Assembly: GCA_000934665.2 (NCBI GenBank)
Contig: JYFJ02000239.1
Span: 124,001-158,283 of the forward strand
DNA: 34,283 bases
Direction of reading: 5' to 3'
Origin: Catajapyx aquilonaris
Taxonomy: Eukaryota
Within the stretch, counting starts at the first letter, position 1. Every line of letters starts with the position of its first letter. Made by a program: the position numbers and the translations under genes. Below the pieces are notes generated by a model, which was not told the origin of the DNA, ran no database searches, and worked only from the letters and a program-made list of their open reading frames with translations. Positions 32,701-34,283 of this stretch are shown piece by piece.

Positions 32701-34283
32701 CTTTCATAAACACGCACGTGCATATTTATTTGTTTGATATTTTATGAATTTATTTATAATTTTTACTAATTTCATTTCATTTCGATTTATTATTTGTATT
32801 ATAATATGCGTGTACAATGCACACTTTCTGGCATACACGGAAATCAACACTCAGTGTGTCCAGTTGCATACTTACTAAAATAATGAGCCACGTGTGTAAT
32901 AAAATTCAAAAATTCTAAATAAAATTCATTTCAATGCATTAATGTTGCGCGTTTAATCAATCAGTTAATACAAACAAGCATTTTACGCACAAAGTTGTGC
33001 AATTACGCATACCAGCTTTGCGGAGTGTACCGCCGGATCAAGTTTCAAAATTACATGTTTACCACACGGTCCTTAATTCAATCTACAACATAATTCAATA
33101 TTTTTTTTAAAAAAATACTTGACACCATGCTGGAAAAATTTTCTCGCTATAAAAAAAAACAAGCTGTATACGTGGCGCAAATGTTCATAATGTAATTATT
33201 CCTTTCCCGCCAGAGCCGAAATTACTGTAACACATACGCAACACATCACGGCAGACACTAAACATGTTTCGCCGTCAAATGGCGCAACAAATCATCAAAA
33301 AAGCGCTCATCCCTCCCACCCCGTACACTCTATACCACCACCAACCATGGCCCTACCACCGCATTAATTAATTCCTCCACTTCAAAAAGGATCGGAATAA
33401 CCGGCCCCCATGCATGGGAGTAATTAATTTTTCCCATGTTCCGAATCACGCCTTCGAAAACGGGTTGCCTTCAACCAGAAACGTTTCCTGGGTAAAAACT
33501 ACAAGCCAGTTCTGACGTCTTCATCTGGCCTTATAGCTTCTGCTTGTCTTCGCTTCATCAATTGCACACAAAACATTTTAAACTAAGCTATAGTAACATC
33601 ACATAACTGCTTTTAAAATTTTTAGATGTTGCGCTTCTATTCGTAACCATTATAACCACATTATCAACAAATCATTGGCTTTTCCTGGAAAGGTGTAGGA
33701 AATTGTCTCGATTGTCCCCTAGGGCTGGGTTTTTTTTTTTGCTGGAAAAATCACAATTCTTTGGAAGCAGTTACCCTTCACTAACGGGTGATAAAAAGTA
33801 CAACACGACCCGGTTTTTCGACCCATGAAAAAAAAAGAGCGACAAGTCTCGTATGTCGTGCGACGCGATAATTGCTCGTGTAATTTTACCAGGTGGCATG
33901 GGAAAACCGAAAATTGGATTTCGAGGCTGTGCAACACATGCACTGTATTTCACCTGCCAGGGCATGATCCCCACATATTGTGCCATTAAAACCGCGCGGA
34001 AAAACTCCACCCAAACCGCTAATTAAGCCTTGATGAACTTGTCTCCTGGCCAAACATATTGACATACACACGGCAAAATTTTTTGGGACGTCTCCACTTG
34101 GCGTCGGCTTCCAAACTCGTCTCCCACGAAGTCATTTTTGGGGTGGATGGGCGGGGTGAAGAGTTCCAAAAAAAATATATATGGCCCGGTTTTTTTTATG
34201 TAAAAAAATACTTATAGTGAGACACCCAAAAAGTTGGCTTCCAAGCGAGGGCAGAAAGACAAAACTGATCTTTCAAAAGTGGA

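Larger units (their letters stand above)
25567..34283 (-). other. Large upstream intron of castor/CASZ1 (no further exon recognised)
   Basis: It lies 5' of the acceptor ttctttttttccag at 25567. Only short ORFs with no recognisable protein features, and many homopolymer runs. Confidence 0.6.

Noticed and set aside
32545..33060. Diverged ~30-bp direct repeat (tacc.ccggatc.a.tttcaaa) at ~32550 and ~33028
   Set aside because: Too short, and no termini were found to define an element.
1..34283. CRISPR array or prokaryotic operon/defence system
   Set aside because: The sequence is clearly eukaryotic (spliceosomal introns, SINEs), and no repeat-spacer array is present.

Overview
This is eukaryotic DNA from an invertebrate, probably an arthropod (inferred), with GT-AG introns, many only 55-80 nt long. 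Left to right: (1) a compact housekeeping cluster, NIP7 (-, truncated at the window edge) <-> ELP5 (+) >-< PFDN4 (-). (2) A head-to-tail array of three paralogous genes (~2.65-13.3 kb), each encoding C2H2/C2HC fingers, a WRKY/FAR1-like Mutator-type DNA-binding domain and extended SWIM zinc finger(s). They resemble a MULE transposase with the whole DDE catalytic core missing. Each has a 5'UTR intron and conserved promoter motifs, and I found no TIRs. Copy 1 has triplicated its SWIM module and lost its tail, copy 2 is a probable chimeric frameshifted copy, and copy 3 is intact. The array holds a ~1.83 kb non-autonomous Helitron-like insertion and a TA-targeting MITE, whose empty sites are visible in sister copies. 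(3) Two tRNA-derived SINE-like elements, one with a perfect 15-bp TSD. (4) Twelve coding exons of a long castor/CASZ1 gene on the - strand (17992-25566), followed by a large upstream intron with no recognisable exon. The best novelty candidate is the catalytically deleted, apparently domesticated MULE-derived zinc-finger gene family. All protein identities come from motif recognition by eye; no database search was run.
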